Made by a program: the position numbers and the translations under genes
Notes under the pieces: model-generated
What the model saw: the letters and a program-made list of their open reading frames with translations, nothing else
What the model was told of the DNA's origin: nothing
Databases searched by the model: none
Source: Candidatus Nanosynbacter lyticus
GTDB lineage: Bacteria; Patescibacteriota; Saccharimonadia; Saccharimonadales; Saccharimonadaceae
Length of the DNA stretch: 32,000 bases
NCBI RefSeq assembly: GCF_030253515.1
Contig: NZ_CP124549.1
Location: 1-32,000, forward strand
Reading direction: 5' to 3'
Shown here: positions 30,950-32,000 of the stretch, in pieces
Layout: each line of letters starts with the position of its first letter
Numbering within the stretch: the first letter of the stretch is position 1

Positions 30950-32000
30950 TTAGATTGCTGTCATTGATAAACTTGGTTGGACCTCCAGGTCGTACGGGTC
31001 GGCGGGCTGGTCTATGTGGGCGCGGAAATAGCCGAGTGCGGCGATCATGGCGGCGTTGTCGGTGCAGAGCTGGATGGGTGCGTAATCGATGTCGATAGGC
31101 AAGACCTCACGCAGTTGGCGGCGTAATTCTTGATTGGCGGCGACGCCGCCGGCGATGACGACGGAGGCAGGCTGGAAATTGTCATAGGCTTTTTTAGTCT
31201 TATCGACCAGGGTTTTAACGGCGGTGTACTGGAAACTGGCTGCCATATTATGCCTCAGTTCATCGTTTACTAGGGCAGGGAGCTCGTGCGACGGGAAGGT
31301 GAAGTCTTTGCCCACCTCGCGCTGAACAGCTCTCAGAACGGCTGTCTTGAGACCGGAGAAGGAAAAATCGTACTCGCCGGCGAGCTTGGCGATGGGTAAG
31401 TGAAAGGCGCGGGGATCGCCGAGTTCGGCGGCTTTGGCGATGGCGGGGCCACCGGGGTAGGGTAGGCCAATGATTTTAGCGACCTTGTCAAACGCCTCGC
31501 CAACGGCGTCGTCTTGGGTTTGGCCGATGAGCTGGTAGTTGCCGTGATTTTGAAACAGGACGAGCTGCGAATGTCCGCCAGAGACGATGAGGGCGAGGAG
31601 GGGGAAGGTGGGTTGATGATGTGGTAAAGACAGCTCCAAATCGCTAGAATTAACAACGGCTTCCGCACGCCGAGATGCTTTTTCGTCAGATTCTTTGGCG
31701 ACTGCGGGACTCGCTTTACTCAAACAGTCCTCGTCTCGCAAGGAATCTGACAAGCTCGCCTCTCGGGTTTGTGCAGATGTTGTTAATTCCAGCAATTTAG
31801 CATGTTTTGCGCCTCTCTTTCTCTGTTCGGTGATGAAATTAGCATACACATGCGCCTCGACATGGTGTATCTTGTAAAGCGGCTTATCGTGAATGATGGC
31901 GAGGGTGCGGGCGGCGAGAGTGCCGATGAGCAGTGAGCCGATCAGGCCGGGCGCATAGGTGACGGCGACGGCGTCGATATCATCCCAAGTACAATCGGCG
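30950..32000 (-). CDS. tsaD: tRNA N6-adenosine threonylcarbamoyltransferase TsaD (5' end outside window), with lineage-specific in-frame insertion
   Basis: The frame stays open from the ORF track ATG (31849) to nt 32000 (...DIDAVAVTYAPGLIGSLLIGTLAARTLAIIHDKPLYKIHHVEAHVYANFI...). The metal-binding HHVEAH motif is present, as are LIVSGGHSQL and DDAVGEAFDKVAKIIGLPYPGGPAI. About 65 extra residues lie between the HxxxH motif and the SGGH motif. Confidence 0.92.
   Translation of the reverse strand, partial: ADCTWDDIDAVAVTYAPGLIGSLLIGTLAARTLAIIHDKPLYKIHHVEAHVYANFITEQRKRGAKHAKLLELTTSAQTREASLSDSLRDEDCLSKASPAVAKESDEKASRRAEAVVNSSDLELSLPHHQPTFPLLALIVSGGHSQLVLFQNHGNYQLIGQTQDDAVGEAFDKVAKIIGLPYPGGPAIAKAAELGDPRAFHLPIAKLAGEYDFSFSGLKTAVLRAVQREVGKDFTFPSHELPALVNDELRHNMAASFQYTAVKTLVDKTKKAYDNFQPASVVIAGGVAANQELRRQLREVLPIDIDYAPIQLCTDNAAMIAALGYFRAHIDQPADPYDLEVQPSLSMTAI
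31635..31800. repeat. 166-bp imperfect palindromic element embedded in-frame in tsaD
   Basis: The terminal arms are 31635-31656 (CCAAATCGCTAGAATTAACAAC) and 31779-31800, whose reverse complement is CTAAATTGCTGGAATTAACAAC; they match 19/22. Nested inner arms GTCAGATTC (31685-31693) and GAATCTGAC (31744-31752) match 9/9. Further partial symmetry (GCAC, CCGAGA, GGACT/AGTCC) runs to the centre near 31718. Confidence 0.55.

Overview
The window opens exactly on the GTG start of dnaA. A DnaA-box-rich dnaA-dnaN spacer and dnaN follow, so this is the conventional start of a small, tightly packed bacterial chromosome. The gene content points to a monoderm, reduced-genome lineage, plausibly Patescibacteria/CPR (Saccharibacteria-like); this is inference only. 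That content includes a PrgI-like protein, a Gram-positive-type VirB4, many small two-helix T4SS-pilin paralogues, FemAB, ComF, and no outer-membrane components.

The dominant feature is a roughly 17 kb minus-strand block (2711-19759) of overlapping, translationally coupled genes for a type IV secretion-like apparatus. It encodes:
- a lipoprotein
- two giant paralogous VirB6/TrbL-like membrane proteins
- a PrgI/VirB3-like protein
- a VirB4 ATPase that appears split into two ORFs
- a 1071-aa membrane protein ending in a papain-like peptidase domain
- three small bitopic proteins
- a secreted lysozyme-like + CHAP cell-wall hydrolase

Divergently, past a tRNA-Asp, lies an operon of six VirB2/TrbC-like pilin paralogues (20131-22455). 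A seventh copy sits at 26138-26545. I found no relaxase, coupling ATPase (VirD4-type), integrase or flanking repeats.

The rest of the window is housekeeping:
- hsp20, a comF-like gene and rlmH
- a secreted SGNH hydrolase
- a tRNA cluster (Arg-GCG, Ser-CGA, Ser-UGA) and a tRNA-Ser(GCU)
- a PH-like membrane protein and a His-rich small ORF
- valS, preceded by twin perfect palindromes
- a FemAB-family gene
- tsaD, 5'-truncated by the window end, which carries an in-frame insertion made of a 166-bp imperfect palindrome

No rRNA, CRISPR array or transposase was seen. All functional calls rest on motifs read from the translations. No database search was run.
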